In this document: piece by piece, positions 7,935-16,877 of the stretch
Numbering within the stretch: position 1 is the first letter of the stretch
How the letters are laid out: every line of letters begins with the position of its first letter
Assembly (NCBI GenBank): GCA_016218805.1
Contig: JACRCW010000078.1
Coordinates: 1-38,693 of the forward strand
Direction of reading: 5' to 3'
Source: Deltaproteobacteria bacterium
Lineage (GTDB): Bacteria > Myxococcota > JACRCW01
DNA: 38,693 nucleotides
Translations under genes and position numbers: made by a program
The notes under the pieces: model-generated
Told to the model about the DNA's origin: nothing
What the model saw: the letters and a program-made list of their open reading frames with translations, nothing else
Databases searched by the model: none

Positions 7935-8459
7935 ATGGATTCCCCGCTCTTCCGCCGCCGCGCCTTTCTGGGTGCCTGTGCCGGCGCGGGTGGATTGCTG
8001 TTCATGGGCGGTGCGCTCGCGTGGCTGCGCGGCAGCGCGCCCGCCGTGGACGGACTGTTGGCGCTGACCCCGCAGGAACACCGCACGCTGGTGGCGCTGT
8101 GCCGCGCGCTGTTTCCCGCCACGCCGGAGTTCCCCCACAACGCGGATGACGCGGACCTGGCACGGCGCTTTGACCTCTTCCTGGCGGATGAACCGCCGTG
8201 GAACCGTGAGGACCTCAAGAAGGCGCTGTTCCTGTTGGAGTTCAGCCCGGTGCTGGCGTTCCGCGTTTCCACCTTCTCCCGCCTGGACGAACCCGCGCGC
8301 CTGTTGCACTTCGCGTCGTGGCAGCGTTCGCGCGTGCTGTTGCTGCGCCAGGCGGCCGCCGGCTTCCTGCGCATCCTGAGCCTCATGTTCTATGACGACC
8401 GCGCGGCGTGGCCGGCCATCGGTTACGAAGGTCCCATCCACCGGGCGGTGACGCCGTGA
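7935..8459 (+). CDS. gluconate 2-dehydrogenase subunit 3-like protein with Tat-like signal
   Basis: RRRAFL twin-arginine motif, C-terminal AWPAIGYEGP; stop overlaps GMC start (GTGA). Confidence 0.75.
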   Translation: MDSPLFRRRAFLGACAGAGGLLFMGGALAWLRGSAPAVDGLLALTPQEHRTLVALCRALFPATPEFPHNADDADLARRFDLFLADEPPWNREDLKKALFLLEFSPVLAFRVSTFSRLDEPARLLHFASWQRSRVLLLRQAAAGFLRILSLMFYDDRAAWPAIGYEGPIHRAVTP

Positions 8460-9985
8460 CGGTGCTGGACGTCTCCGCGCTGGCCACTCCGCCTGACGTG
8501 GACGCGGCGGTGTGCATCGTCGGGTCGGGCAGTGCGGGGGCCACCGCGGCGTGGGTGCTGGCAGAAGCGGGCCTGGACGTGGTGGTGCTGGAGGAGGGCG
8601 GTGACTTCACGGGCCCGCAGCTCACCGGCCGTGATGGCCCCATGTATGACCAGTTGTACATGGACCGCGGTGCCCGCACCACGAGCGACCTGTCCATCAC
8701 CGTGCTGCAGGGGCGGGTGCTGGGCGGCGGTCCCGTCATCAACGCGTCAGACGTGGTGCCCATGCATGACGGGACGGCGCGCCACTGGGTGAAACGCTGG
8801 GGGCTGACGGATTTCTCGCCGGAGGCGCTGGCGCCGTACCGGGACCGCGCACTACGGGACCTGAGCGTGAACGCGCCGGCGGAGGAGCAGCTCAACACCA
8901 ACAACCGCCTGCTGCGGGAGGGCACGCGCGCGCTGGGCTGGCGCGGCGAAGTGATGGCGCACAACCGCGTGGGCTGCGCCGGGACGGGGACGTGCCTCAT
9001 CGGGTGTCCGCTCAACGCCAAGCGCAACACGCGCTTTGTGGCCATTCCCGCGGCGCTGGAGAAGGGTGCACGGTTTCTCACGCGTGCGCGCGCGGTGCGC
9101 ATTGAGGGCGCTGATTCCGACGTGAAGACGGTCCACGTGTGGCAGTTGGATCCCCGTGGTCACCACGAACGCGCGCTGTTCCACGTCCGCGCGCGCACGG
9201 TGGTGCTGGCGGCCAACGCGCTGGCCAGCGCGCAGCTGCTGTTGCGTTCGGGAATCGGCAACGCCCACGTTGGGCGGCACGTGTCACTGCAGCCGCAGTT
9301 GCCGGTGACGGCGCTGTTCAAGCAGGAGGTGCGCTTCTTCCGTGGCATCCCGCAGGCGTACGCCATCACCCAGCATGAGCGCTTTGATGACCAGCAACAC
9401 GGTTGGTGGGGCTTCCGCATTGAAGCCATCGCCGGCACGCCGGGAATTGTCTCCACGCTGATGCCCATGGGCGGGGCGGAGGGGAAGGCGCTGATGCGCC
9501 GCTATCCGCACGTGGCCGCGGTGCTGTGCCTGCTCCCGGATGACGCCACGTCACGCTTGGAGGTGGAAAGCAACGGCCGCCTGCGCATCCACCACGGCAT
9601 GGACGCGGAGTTGCTGGGGCGGGCGCGGGAGGCGGGCAAGGCGGCCGCGCGGGCGTTCCTGGCCGCCGGCGCGGTGGAAGTGATGATCCCGGCGGTGCCG
9701 CCCGTGGTCATCCGCAAGGAAGCCGATCTGGCGCGTGTGGACGCCATGGATTTTGCGCCCGCCACGGTGCCGTTCCTGTCCGCGCACCAGCAGGGCGGCA
9801 TCCGGTACGCCCCGTCGGAGAGCGACGGCGCCGCGGCGCCGGATGGACGCGTGTACGGGACGCGCGGTGTGTATGCGTTGGATTCCGCGGGTTACCCGTC
9901 TTCCGCCTCCAGCCACACCATGACGCCCATCATGACCACGGCGCGCATGCTGGCGGAACAGCTGGTGACGCTGCTGGGGCGGTGA
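8456..9985 (+). CDS. GMC family oxidoreductase
   Basis: IVGSGSAG FAD motif, QGRVLGGGPVIN, CxGxGxCxxGC, SAHQQGG. Confidence 0.92.
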   Translation: MTVLDVSALATPPDVDAAVCIVGSGSAGATAAWVLAEAGLDVVVLEEGGDFTGPQLTGRDGPMYDQLYMDRGARTTSDLSITVLQGRVLGGGPVINASDVVPMHDGTARHWVKRWGLTDFSPEALAPYRDRALRDLSVNAPAEEQLNTNNRLLREGTRALGWRGEVMAHNRVGCAGTGTCLIGCPLNAKRNTRFVAIPAALEKGARFLTRARAVRIEGADSDVKTVHVWQLDPRGHHERALFHVRARTVVLAANALASAQLLLRSGIGNAHVGRHVSLQPQLPVTALFKQEVRFFRGIPQAYAITQHERFDDQQHGWWGFRIEAIAGTPGIVSTLMPMGGAEGKALMRRYPHVAAVLCLLPDDATSRLEVESNGRLRIHHGMDAELLGRAREAGKAAARAFLAAGAVEVMIPAVPPVVIRKEADLARVDAMDFAPATVPFLSAHQQGGIRYAPSESDGAAAPDGRVYGTRGVYALDSAGYPSSASSHTMTPIMTTARMLAEQLVTLLGR

Positions 9986-9988
9986 GCC

Positions 9989-10549
9989 TCAGGGCGCGGC
10001 GGGGGCTTCTTCGGCGGCCACCGTCTCGGGGTCGTCCGTGAGGGCGGCGGGCGCGTCCTTGGGGTAGCAGCCCGCGGGCAGCTGGCCGCGCAGGTGCGGG
10101 ACCTTCATGAAGCGCAGGTAGATGCCCACCTCCTCGTCCGCAAACTTCCCGGCCAGCGCGCCCACCAGGTCCTTCACCTTGGCGGGCTCCAGCTTCTCAA
10201 TGAAGTCCAGCTCCTGCTCGGTGAGGCCGTTCTCATGCTTGACGCCCAGCTGGTCCATGGCGGCAATCAGCATGGGGTTCTTGCCCACAAGCCAGTTGCG
10301 GATGAGCTCTGAGCACAGGTCCTGCTCGTTCTTGGCGTTGCCCGGCACCTGCGCCAGCTTGGTGTGGAGCTTCTTGATGCGCTCCTCGTTCTTCTGGTGG
10401 AGCTTGGGGAGGATGCTCTTGGTGCTGCTGGCCTTGATGTTGAGCCGGCCAAACAGCGTCTCGCGGACGGACCGCGGTGAGCGCGCCATCATCTCGGCGA
10501 ACTTGGCCTCACTCATGGCACCGACGATCTGGCTGGGATGCAGGGACAT
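9989..10549 (-). CDS. hypothetical protein
   Basis: 186-aa ORF with strong GC3 bias and protein-like helical sequence; no family recognised with confidence. Confidence 0.8.
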   Translation of the reverse strand: MSLHPSQIVGAMSEAKFAEMMARSPRSVRETLFGRLNIKASSTKSILPKLHQKNEERIKKLHTKLAQVPGNAKNEQDLCSELIRNWLVGKNPMLIAAMDQLGVKHENGLTEQELDFIEKLEPAKVKDLVGALAGKFADEEVGIYLRFMKVPHLRGQLPAGCYPKDAPAALTDDPETVAAEEAPAAP

Positions 10550-10696
10550 GGGGACGGACCCGGGCGGGGCCGCGTGGTGCGGGACCCGCCGTCAAAGAAG
10601 GGTGGCGCTTTTCGGGCGGGCGGGCGCGGCAGTCAAGCGGCGCCACCGCCCACGCGGGGTGGTCCCGCCGGCAAGCTCCCTGGGCCGGGTGACGGG

Positions 10697-10924
10697 GGGT
10701 GTGATGCGAGATGGTTGTAGACCGCTGGGATCGACAATGCCGCTGCGGCCAGGTAGCACGCCAGCGCGGTGTGGCCCGGCCGCCCCCGGCCGGGACGCCA
10801 GCGGGAAATCCGTGACGTCGCCATGCACCGGCACAGCCGGGGCGGCTGTGCCACACCACAACGGCTCTTTGGGATCCTGTGGCTGCCCCACCCCCAGGGA
10901 CCACAACCATGGGCGATCACACCC
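10697..10924. mobile_element. intact 228-bp MITE with imperfect ~27-33 bp TIRs and 9-bp target-site duplication
   Basis: Left end GGGTGTGATgcgagATGGTTGTaGaCC; right end (reverse complement) GGGTGTGATcgcccATGGTTGTgGtCC; GGTGACGGG at 10688-10696 and 10925-10933; no transposase; second copy at 451-668. Confidence 0.9.
10768..10857. repeat. inverted REP-like doublet (REPIN-like) inside MITE copy 2
   Basis: GTGG-CCCGGCCG-cccc-CGGCCGGG (10771-10794) and CACAGCCG-ggg-CGGCTGTG-CCAC (10832-10854); arms identical to copy 1. Confidence 0.75.
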
Positions 10925-11020
10925 GGTGACGGGGTGCACCTTGACCGGGACCTTTCCATCGGGGACAAGCACGCATCCCGCGCGCCGGACCGACGGCGCG
11001 CCCGACAGGAGCAGGACGAC

Positions 11021-12322
11021 GTGGCACTGCAGGCCGTGAAGGGCATGAATGACGTGCTTCCCGACGAGGTGGCCCGGTGGCACCGCGTGGAGGCGCTCGC
11101 GCGCGAGGTGTTCGGCGCGCACGGCTACCGCGAGATCCGCCCGCCGCTGCTGGAGGTCACCGAGCTGTTTGAGCGCAGCGTGGGTGACACCACCGACATT
11201 GTGCAGAAGGAGATGTACACGTTTGAAAACCGCAGCGCGGAGCGGGGCGACGCCAAGCGCCTCACGCTGCGTCCGGAGGGGACGGCCGGCGTCGTTCGCG
11301 CGTACGTGGAACACAAGATGTGGGGCCAGTCCGACGAGCACCGCTTCTACTACCTGGGCCCCATGTTCCGGCACGAACGCCCGCAGAAAGGCCGCTTCCG
11401 TCAGTTCCACCAGGTGGGCTGCGAAGCGCTGGGCATGCCCGGCCCCGGCATTGACGTTGAGATGCTGTCCATGCTCCAGCAGTTCCTCACCGCAGCGGGC
11501 GTGGGCGGCCTCTACTTCCAGCTCAACACGCTGGGCTGCCCCACCTGCCGTGCCGCCGGGCTGGCCGCGCTCAAGGCGTATTTTGAGCCCCACCGCGCCG
11601 CGCTGTGCGCGGATTGCCAGCGCCGCCTGGACCAGAACGCGCTGCGGGTGCTGGACTGCAAGGTGGAGGCGGACCAGGCGCTGGCGCGCGGCGCTCCCAC
11701 CGTTCTCTCGTCGGTGCTGGCCTGCACGCAGGGCTGCGGGGACCACTACCGCGCGGTCCGCGCCGGGCTGGACGCGCTGAAGGTTCCCTTCCAGGAGAAT
11801 CCGCTGCTGGTGCGCGGGCTGGACTACTACACGCGCACCGTCTTTGAAGCGTGTTCGTCGGAGCTGGGGAGCCAGTCCGCCGTCACCGGCGGTGGCCGCT
11901 ATGACCGCCTCGTCGAGGAATTCGGCGGGCAACCCACCCCCGCCATTGGCTTTGCGCTGGGCGTGGAGCGCCTGCTCATGCTGCAGAAGGACGTAGTGAG
12001 CGCGCGCGGGCCGGAACTCTCCGTCGTGGTGGCGGAGGAGTCCGCGCGGTCCTCTGCCATGGTGCTGGTGCAGGGACTGCGCGCGCGCGGCACGTGGTGT
12101 GACTTGGATCACTCGGGCAAGAGCGTGAAGAGCCAGATGCGCCGCGCGGACAAGGCGGGGAGCACCTGGGTGCTGGTGTTGGGCGGCCTGGAGATGCAGG
12201 CCGGCAAGGCAACGTTGAAGAACCTGCGCGGGGGTGCGTCCAAGGACGTGGCCCTGGAAATCGATCACATCCAGGCGGTCATCCGGTCAGCAACCCCGGG
12301 TGCCCCCTCCGCCAACCCCTGA
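11021..12322 (+). CDS. hisS: histidine--tRNA ligase
   Basis: KGMND, DIVQKEMYTF, LRPEGTAG, FRHERPQKGRFRQFHQ, LVRGLDYY, GGGRYD; GTG start at 11021 inferred. Confidence 0.97.
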   Translation: MALQAVKGMNDVLPDEVARWHRVEALAREVFGAHGYREIRPPLLEVTELFERSVGDTTDIVQKEMYTFENRSAERGDAKRLTLRPEGTAGVVRAYVEHKMWGQSDEHRFYYLGPMFRHERPQKGRFRQFHQVGCEALGMPGPGIDVEMLSMLQQFLTAAGVGGLYFQLNTLGCPTCRAAGLAALKAYFEPHRAALCADCQRRLDQNALRVLDCKVEADQALARGAPTVLSSVLACTQGCGDHYRAVRAGLDALKVPFQENPLLVRGLDYYTRTVFEACSSELGSQSAVTGGGRYDRLVEEFGGQPTPAIGFALGVERLLMLQKDVVSARGPELSVVVAEESARSSAMVLVQGLRARGTWCDLDHSGKSVKSQMRRADKAGSTWVLVLGGLEMQAGKATLKNLRGGASKDVALEIDHIQAVIRSATPGAPSANP

Positions 12323-12336
12323 GAGGATTGGGCTTC

Positions 12337-13035
12337 ATGGACAAGTCGGCTGTGAGGGCATGGGTGCTGGGTCTGGCGGTGGCCGTCGCAGGCGCGGGTT
12401 CCGCGCACGCGGAAGCCGTGGCGGATGAGGGCCAGCTCAAAGAGGGCCAGCAGGCCCTGATGTTCCAGAGCAAGGTGATCAACTGGGAGGCGGCCAGCAC
12501 CAAGGTGGTGGACATGGCCGCCCTGACCAACGGCAGTAAGAAGGCCGTGATACTTAGCTTTTTCGCTACCTACTGTGAGCCGTGTAAGAAGGAGCTGCCG
12601 TTCCTGGGCCGCATGTACGAAAAGTACAAGGACCAGGGCCTCAGCGTGGTGGTGGTGTCCATTGACCAGAAGCAGGAGGACATCCAAAAGGCCGGTGATC
12701 TGGCCAAGGAACACAACCTGCTCTACCCGGTGGCCTCGGACCGCTTCAATATCGTGGCCAAGCGTTACGGCGTGAAGCGGTTGCCGTGCCTGTATATTCT
12801 GGACGGTGCCGGCAAGGTCTCCATGGTCAACACCGGTTATTCCGAGGAGTTCTCAGGCCAGCTGCTGGCCAACATCCAGACCCGGCTGGGCGTGGCTCTG
12901 GACCCGGCTGCCGTGCCCCATGAGGGCCCCAAGGCGGAGCCCGCCCCGGAAAAGGCTGCGCCACCTGCAGATCCGGTCCCGGTACAGGATTCCAAGGATG
13001 TGAAAAAGGTCAAAGGCAAGCGCAAAGGGAAATGA
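12337..13035 (+). CDS. TlpA/ResA-like thioredoxin (disulfide reductase) with signal peptide
   Basis: FFATYCEPCKKELP CXXC motif, YGVKRLP cis-Pro loop, signal peptide, Pro/Lys-rich tail. Confidence 0.88.
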   Translation: MDKSAVRAWVLGLAVAVAGAGSAHAEAVADEGQLKEGQQALMFQSKVINWEAASTKVVDMAALTNGSKKAVILSFFATYCEPCKKELPFLGRMYEKYKDQGLSVVVVSIDQKQEDIQKAGDLAKEHNLLYPVASDRFNIVAKRYGVKRLPCLYILDGAGKVSMVNTGYSEEFSGQLLANIQTRLGVALDPAAVPHEGPKAEPAPEKAAPPADPVPVQDSKDVKKVKGKRKGK

Positions 13036-13106
13036 TAGACGAACGGGGTAACCCGCCCCCAGCGGCCGCGAGAGAGGCCTCCGGGGGTCACGCAAGGAGA
13101 AGCGCA

Positions 13107-13655
13107 ATGAAGCGGTTCGTGGCAGCTTTGGGATTGGTGGGGCTCTGCGCCACTGCCTGGGCGGGCAAGGATGACGTCCTGTACATTGGCAAGTTTGAAG
13201 CAAAGGGCGTGGCCCAGGACGAGGCCGGAGCCATTGAGAACTCCGCGTGCACCGCGGCAACCCAGGACGGGCGGTTCTCCGTGCGGTGCCGGGACACCAA
13301 CGCCACCGTGATGCAGTTGCGCCAGGCGCAGATGGAACTGGGGTACGCCGAAGGCGCCCAGTACAAGGACGACTGCGGCGGCAAGGAAGGCTGCGCCGGC
13401 GCCATGGCCAAGGGCACGGACGCCAAGTGGGTGCTTGGCGGCACGCTGGCCAAGGTGGCGGAGAAGCAGTACCTGCTGACCCTGATCATCGTCGACCCTG
13501 CCTCCAACGCGCAGGTCAACCGCGTGGAGGAGAAGGTCGCCGGGGATCTGTCCGCGGTGGTGGATCGGGTGCCGGGCGTGGTGCGTCGCGTGCTGACGCC
13601 CAGCCAGCCCGCGCGTCCCGCTCCTGCGGCGCCGGCTCCCGCCACCAAGAAGTGA
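13107..13655 (+). CDS. exported hypothetical protein (alpha/beta fold, CsgG/DUF2380-like architecture)
   Basis: AAGGAG RBS, signal peptide ending AWA, C..GCAGAMAKGTDAKWVLGGTL pattern. Confidence 0.75.
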   Translation: MKRFVAALGLVGLCATAWAGKDDVLYIGKFEAKGVAQDEAGAIENSACTAATQDGRFSVRCRDTNATVMQLRQAQMELGYAEGAQYKDDCGGKEGCAGAMAKGTDAKWVLGGTLAKVAEKQYLLTLIIVDPASNAQVNRVEEKVAGDLSAVVDRVPGVVRRVLTPSQPARPAPAAPAPATKK

Positions 13656-13660
13656 ACCCA

Positions 13661-13727
13661 CTGCGCCACGTTGGCGCAGCGTGACCCCCTTGACCCGGGC
13701 GTGCCGTCGTTCGACGCGCCCGGGTCA
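13661..13727. terminator. two hairpins between convergent genes; probable terminator
   Basis: CTGCGCCA-cgt-TGGCGCAG (13661-13679) and TGACCCGGGCG...CGCCCGGGTCA (13691-13727) followed by GTGTTTT. Confidence 0.55.
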
Positions 13728-14828
13728 GTGTTTTCCGGAATCCGGCCAGCGCAGCAACCGCCGCGCGTTGCCCGCGTAGAACTTGGCCTGCACCTCGCGC
13801 GGCAGGCCAATGCCCTGCACCTTCCAACGCCCCTGGATGGGCGTGGGGTGTTCCAGGTTGCGGTCCAGCGTTTCAAAGAACCGCCAGTGCGCGCGGAAGA
13901 ACACCAGCGCGTCGCTCCACTGCGGTTCGCGCTCGCCCGGCGCGCCCAGCATGAGCCCGCCCTCCGTGACGCCCAGGTCCGTGCCAAACATCACGCGGTC
14001 CTGGAACTCCGTGAAGAACGCCTGCAACAGTTCCCGGGGCTGCCGGCCGATCTCGCCCACGCGCGCGGCCGTGTCGATCCACAGGTTGGGGTGCCGGCGC
14101 ATGCGCTCCGCCGTGGCCGCCACGCTCTCCGGGTCATTCCCAAAGTGCACACCGACAAACACGGTACCCCGGTGGGCCGCCAGCACGTGTTCAGACTGCT
14201 CCAGCAGCCGCGCGCGCGAAGGCACGTCCGCGCCCGCGTAGCTCCAGTCGGGATTCAGGCGCAGCTCGTCGTAGCGCTCGTTGGCGGGGGTCACCGGCTG
14301 CCAGAACGCCGCCGGGTCACCCACGTGGATGAACACGGGTGTGCCGGTCTTGCCGGCCATCTCCCACACGGGGGCCAGCCGCTGGTCATCAATGGCCAGC
14401 AGCCGGCCCGCGGGGTCCGTGATGCCCAGCCCCAGGCCCTTGGGAATCTTGAGGCACGCCGCGCCCATCCGGACGGCCATCCCCACGTCCGCCGCCATGC
14501 GCGCGCCAAAGTCCTCCGCGCGGATGTGGCGGCCCTCCAGGTTGGTGCACACCGCCACGCGGCCGGGGAAGCGCACCGCGGCTTCCAGGGATTGCACCAG
14601 CGTGGGGCCGGGCGGCCCGCCGCTGAGGTTCACCATGCTGGCAACGCCGGACTCCTCCAGGATCTTGAGCGCCAGCCCGTACAGCGGGGCCTGCGTGTGC
14701 ACGTGCACGTCAATGCGCTCCAGCAAAGCGGGGGGAGCGGGCGGTGGCGCCGCGCGTCCCGCGTCCGCCGCGGATGGGCCGGCGGCGCGGCAGGCGAGCA
14801 ACGGCAGCAACACCAGGGCATGTTTCAC
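13725..14828 (-). CDS. amidohydrolase family lipoprotein
   Basis: LLAC lipobox, IDVHVH metal motif, PVFIHVGD, VHFG, MFGTD. Confidence 0.88.
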   Translation of the reverse strand: MKHALVLLPLLACRAAGPSAADAGRAAPPPAPPALLERIDVHVHTQAPLYGLALKILEESGVASMVNLSGGPPGPTLVQSLEAAVRFPGRVAVCTNLEGRHIRAEDFGARMAADVGMAVRMGAACLKIPKGLGLGITDPAGRLLAIDDQRLAPVWEMAGKTGTPVFIHVGDPAAFWQPVTPANERYDELRLNPDWSYAGADVPSRARLLEQSEHVLAAHRGTVFVGVHFGNDPESVAATAERMRRHPNLWIDTAARVGEIGRQPRELLQAFFTEFQDRVMFGTDLGVTEGGLMLGAPGEREPQWSDALVFFRAHWRFFETLDRNLEHPTPIQGRWKVQGIGLPREVQAKFYAGNARRLLRWPDSGKH

Positions 14829-16180
14829 GACGTCACCTCCGGGCCCGCGCGCGTGAAGAGCGCCAGCGTTTCCACTTCGGGCGTCTGCGGGAACAGGTCA
14901 AACGGCTCCAGCGCGGTGAGCGCGTAGCCGTGCGCCAGCAGGTGCTTCCCGTCCCGGCCCAGCGCGCGCGGGTCACAGGCCACGTACACCACCCGGCCCG
15001 GCTGCAACGCAGTGATGGCGGCCAACGCGCCGGCGGAAAGCCCCTTGCGCGGCGGGTCCACAACAACGACATCCGCCCGCTCCACGCGCGGCAGCGCGCC
15101 GGCGGCGTCCGCGCACTCAAAGCGCACCTGGGCCAGGCCCGCGGCGCGCGCGGCCGCCCCACCGGCCGCCACCGCGGCCGCGTTGTCGTCCACGCACAGG
15201 ACCTCACGCGCGCCCGCGCGCGCCAACGCAAAGGTAAACGCGCCAATTCCGCCGTACGTGTCCACCACGCGCGCCCCCCGCAGCGGTCCGGCCAGTTCCA
15301 CCGCACGCTGTACCAGCGCATCCGCCGCGGCGGGGTGCAGCTGCGTGAATGCCTCCGTGCCCACCTGCACCGCCACGCCGGACAGCGTCATGACGACGTG
15401 GTCCACCCCTTCCAGCAGCCGCGTGGCGCCAGGCGCGCGATCCAGGATGGCGTCCCCGCTGCCGGGTTGCAGGTGCTCCGTCACGCCCACCAGCGCGGGC
15501 GCCGCACGTCGCCACGCGGGGGCAAGCACGGTTGCCCACGGTGTGCGGCCGCGCACCACCAGCGTGCCCAGCACCGCGCTGCCGTCCGTGCGGGCCACCA
15601 CGTAGCGCAGCGGTCCCGCGCCGTGCTCCCGCAGCAGCGGCCGCAATGCGTCCACGGCGGACCGGATGGCCGGATGCACGGCCGCGCAGGCGTGGCTGGG
15701 CCAGACGTCATGCGTGCCCGGCGCGTAGGCGCCCAGCACCGGCTCGGCGCCGGAGGTGTCCACCACGTACTTGGCGCGGATGCGCCAGTCCCAGGCGCTG
15801 GGTGCGGCGTGCACGGGGGGCAGGGCGGGGTGGGGCAGGCCTTCGTCCGCAAGGGCGCGCAACACGCGGGCGTGCTTGGCGCGCAGCTGCGCGGCGCCGT
15901 CCAGGCCGGAGAGCGGGCAGCCGGGGCAGCGCGGCGCGTGCGCGCACGGCGCGTCCCGCCGGTCCGGCGAAGGCTTGTGCACGTGGAGCAGCCGTGCGCG
16001 GGTCCACGGGCTGGTGGGGGAGGCCCAGGTCACCTCCGCCGTGACGTCGTCACCGGGGAGCGCGCCGTGCACGGCCACGCGGCGGCCGCCGGTCTCACCC
16101 ACGCCCTGTCCGTGGTCATCCAGCCAGTCCACAACCAGGCGGACAGTGGTACCCACCGCCGGTGCGCGAGTGCGCGTCAC
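14825..16180 (-). CDS. rlmD: 23S rRNA (uracil-5)-methyltransferase RlmD/RumA-like
   Basis: TRAM-like N-terminus, CX5CX2C Fe-S motif, DTYGGIG, VVDPPRKG, YVACDP, DLFPQTPEVE. Confidence 0.85.
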   Translation of the reverse strand: MTRTRAPAVGTTVRLVVDWLDDHGQGVGETGGRRVAVHGALPGDDVTAEVTWASPTSPWTRARLLHVHKPSPDRRDAPCAHAPRCPGCPLSGLDGAAQLRAKHARVLRALADEGLPHPALPPVHAAPSAWDWRIRAKYVVDTSGAEPVLGAYAPGTHDVWPSHACAAVHPAIRSAVDALRPLLREHGAGPLRYVVARTDGSAVLGTLVVRGRTPWATVLAPAWRRAAPALVGVTEHLQPGSGDAILDRAPGATRLLEGVDHVVMTLSGVAVQVGTEAFTQLHPAAADALVQRAVELAGPLRGARVVDTYGGIGAFTFALARAGAREVLCVDDNAAAVAAGGAAARAAGLAQVRFECADAAGALPRVERADVVVVDPPRKGLSAGALAAITALQPGRVVYVACDPRALGRDGKHLLAHGYALTALEPFDLFPQTPEVETLALFTRAGPEVTS

Positions 16181-16830
16181 GGGCCCATGCCCACCCAGAC
16201 TGCGCCGTGTTCGCCAAACTCCTTCTTCCAGATGGGAACGCTCTGCTTGAGGTCCTCAATCACCTGGCGGCACGCGCGGAACGCCGCGTCCCGGTGCGGC
16301 GCCGCCGCGGCAATGACCACGGCCAGCTCACCGATGCGCAGGTTTCCCACGCGGTGGTGACACGCCACCGCCGCGCCGTGGTCCTCCTCCGCCCGTGCCA
16401 CAATGCGCTGCAGTTCGCGCAGCGCCATGGGTCCGTACGCGGAGTACTCCATCCCCGTGACGACGTGGCCGTGCGCATGATCCCGCACCATCCCGGCGAA
16501 CAGGCACACCCCACCCATCCTCGTCGTCGTCACGTCGGCCATCGCCGTGTCGATGCTGAGCGGCGCGTCTCCGAGGGACACGCGTGCCGCCGCACTGCCG
16601 CCCGCCACCGGCGGGATGAGCGCCACCTCGTCGGCATCCTGCAGCGCCACACCGTCCGCGGCGAACTCCTGGTTCACGGCGATCCGGATGGCGTTCCAGT
16701 GTGCCGCCAGCAACGGGTGGCGCTCGCCCAGGGCGCGCTTGAGCGCGGCCACGTCCGGCGGGGCCGGGGAGAGCGTGAGTTCATCCGCCCCCAGGCGTTC
16801 ACGCAGCGCACCAAACAGCAGGATCCTCAT
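16177..16830 (-). CDS. fused molybdopterin synthase MoaD-MoaE (MoaX-type)
   Basis: LFGALRE...AVNQEF...DEVALIPPVAGG (MoaD) followed by FAGMVRD, HRVGNL, APHR, LKQSVPIWKKE (MoaE). Confidence 0.92.
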   Translation of the reverse strand: MRILLFGALRERLGADELTLSPAPPDVAALKRALGERHPLLAAHWNAIRIAVNQEFAADGVALQDADEVALIPPVAGGSAAARVSLGDAPLSIDTAMADVTTTRMGGVCLFAGMVRDHAHGHVVTGMEYSAYGPMALRELQRIVARAEEDHGAAVACHHRVGNLRIGELAVVIAAAAPHRDAAFRACRQVIEDLKQSVPIWKKEFGEHGAVWVGMGP

Positions 16831-16877
16831 GACGTCACCGTTGCATCCCGGCGCATGCCGTGGGACGCACCGTCGTC

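Noticed and set aside
451..10924. Composite transposon bounded by the two inverted MITE copies
   Set aside because: Copy 2 has its own TSD, indicating independent insertion; no shared outer TSD; the enclosed DNA includes the housekeeping gene der.
10769..11020. N-terminal extension of HisS in the ORF track
   Set aside because: Read-through of MITE sequence; HisS similarity starts near 11021.
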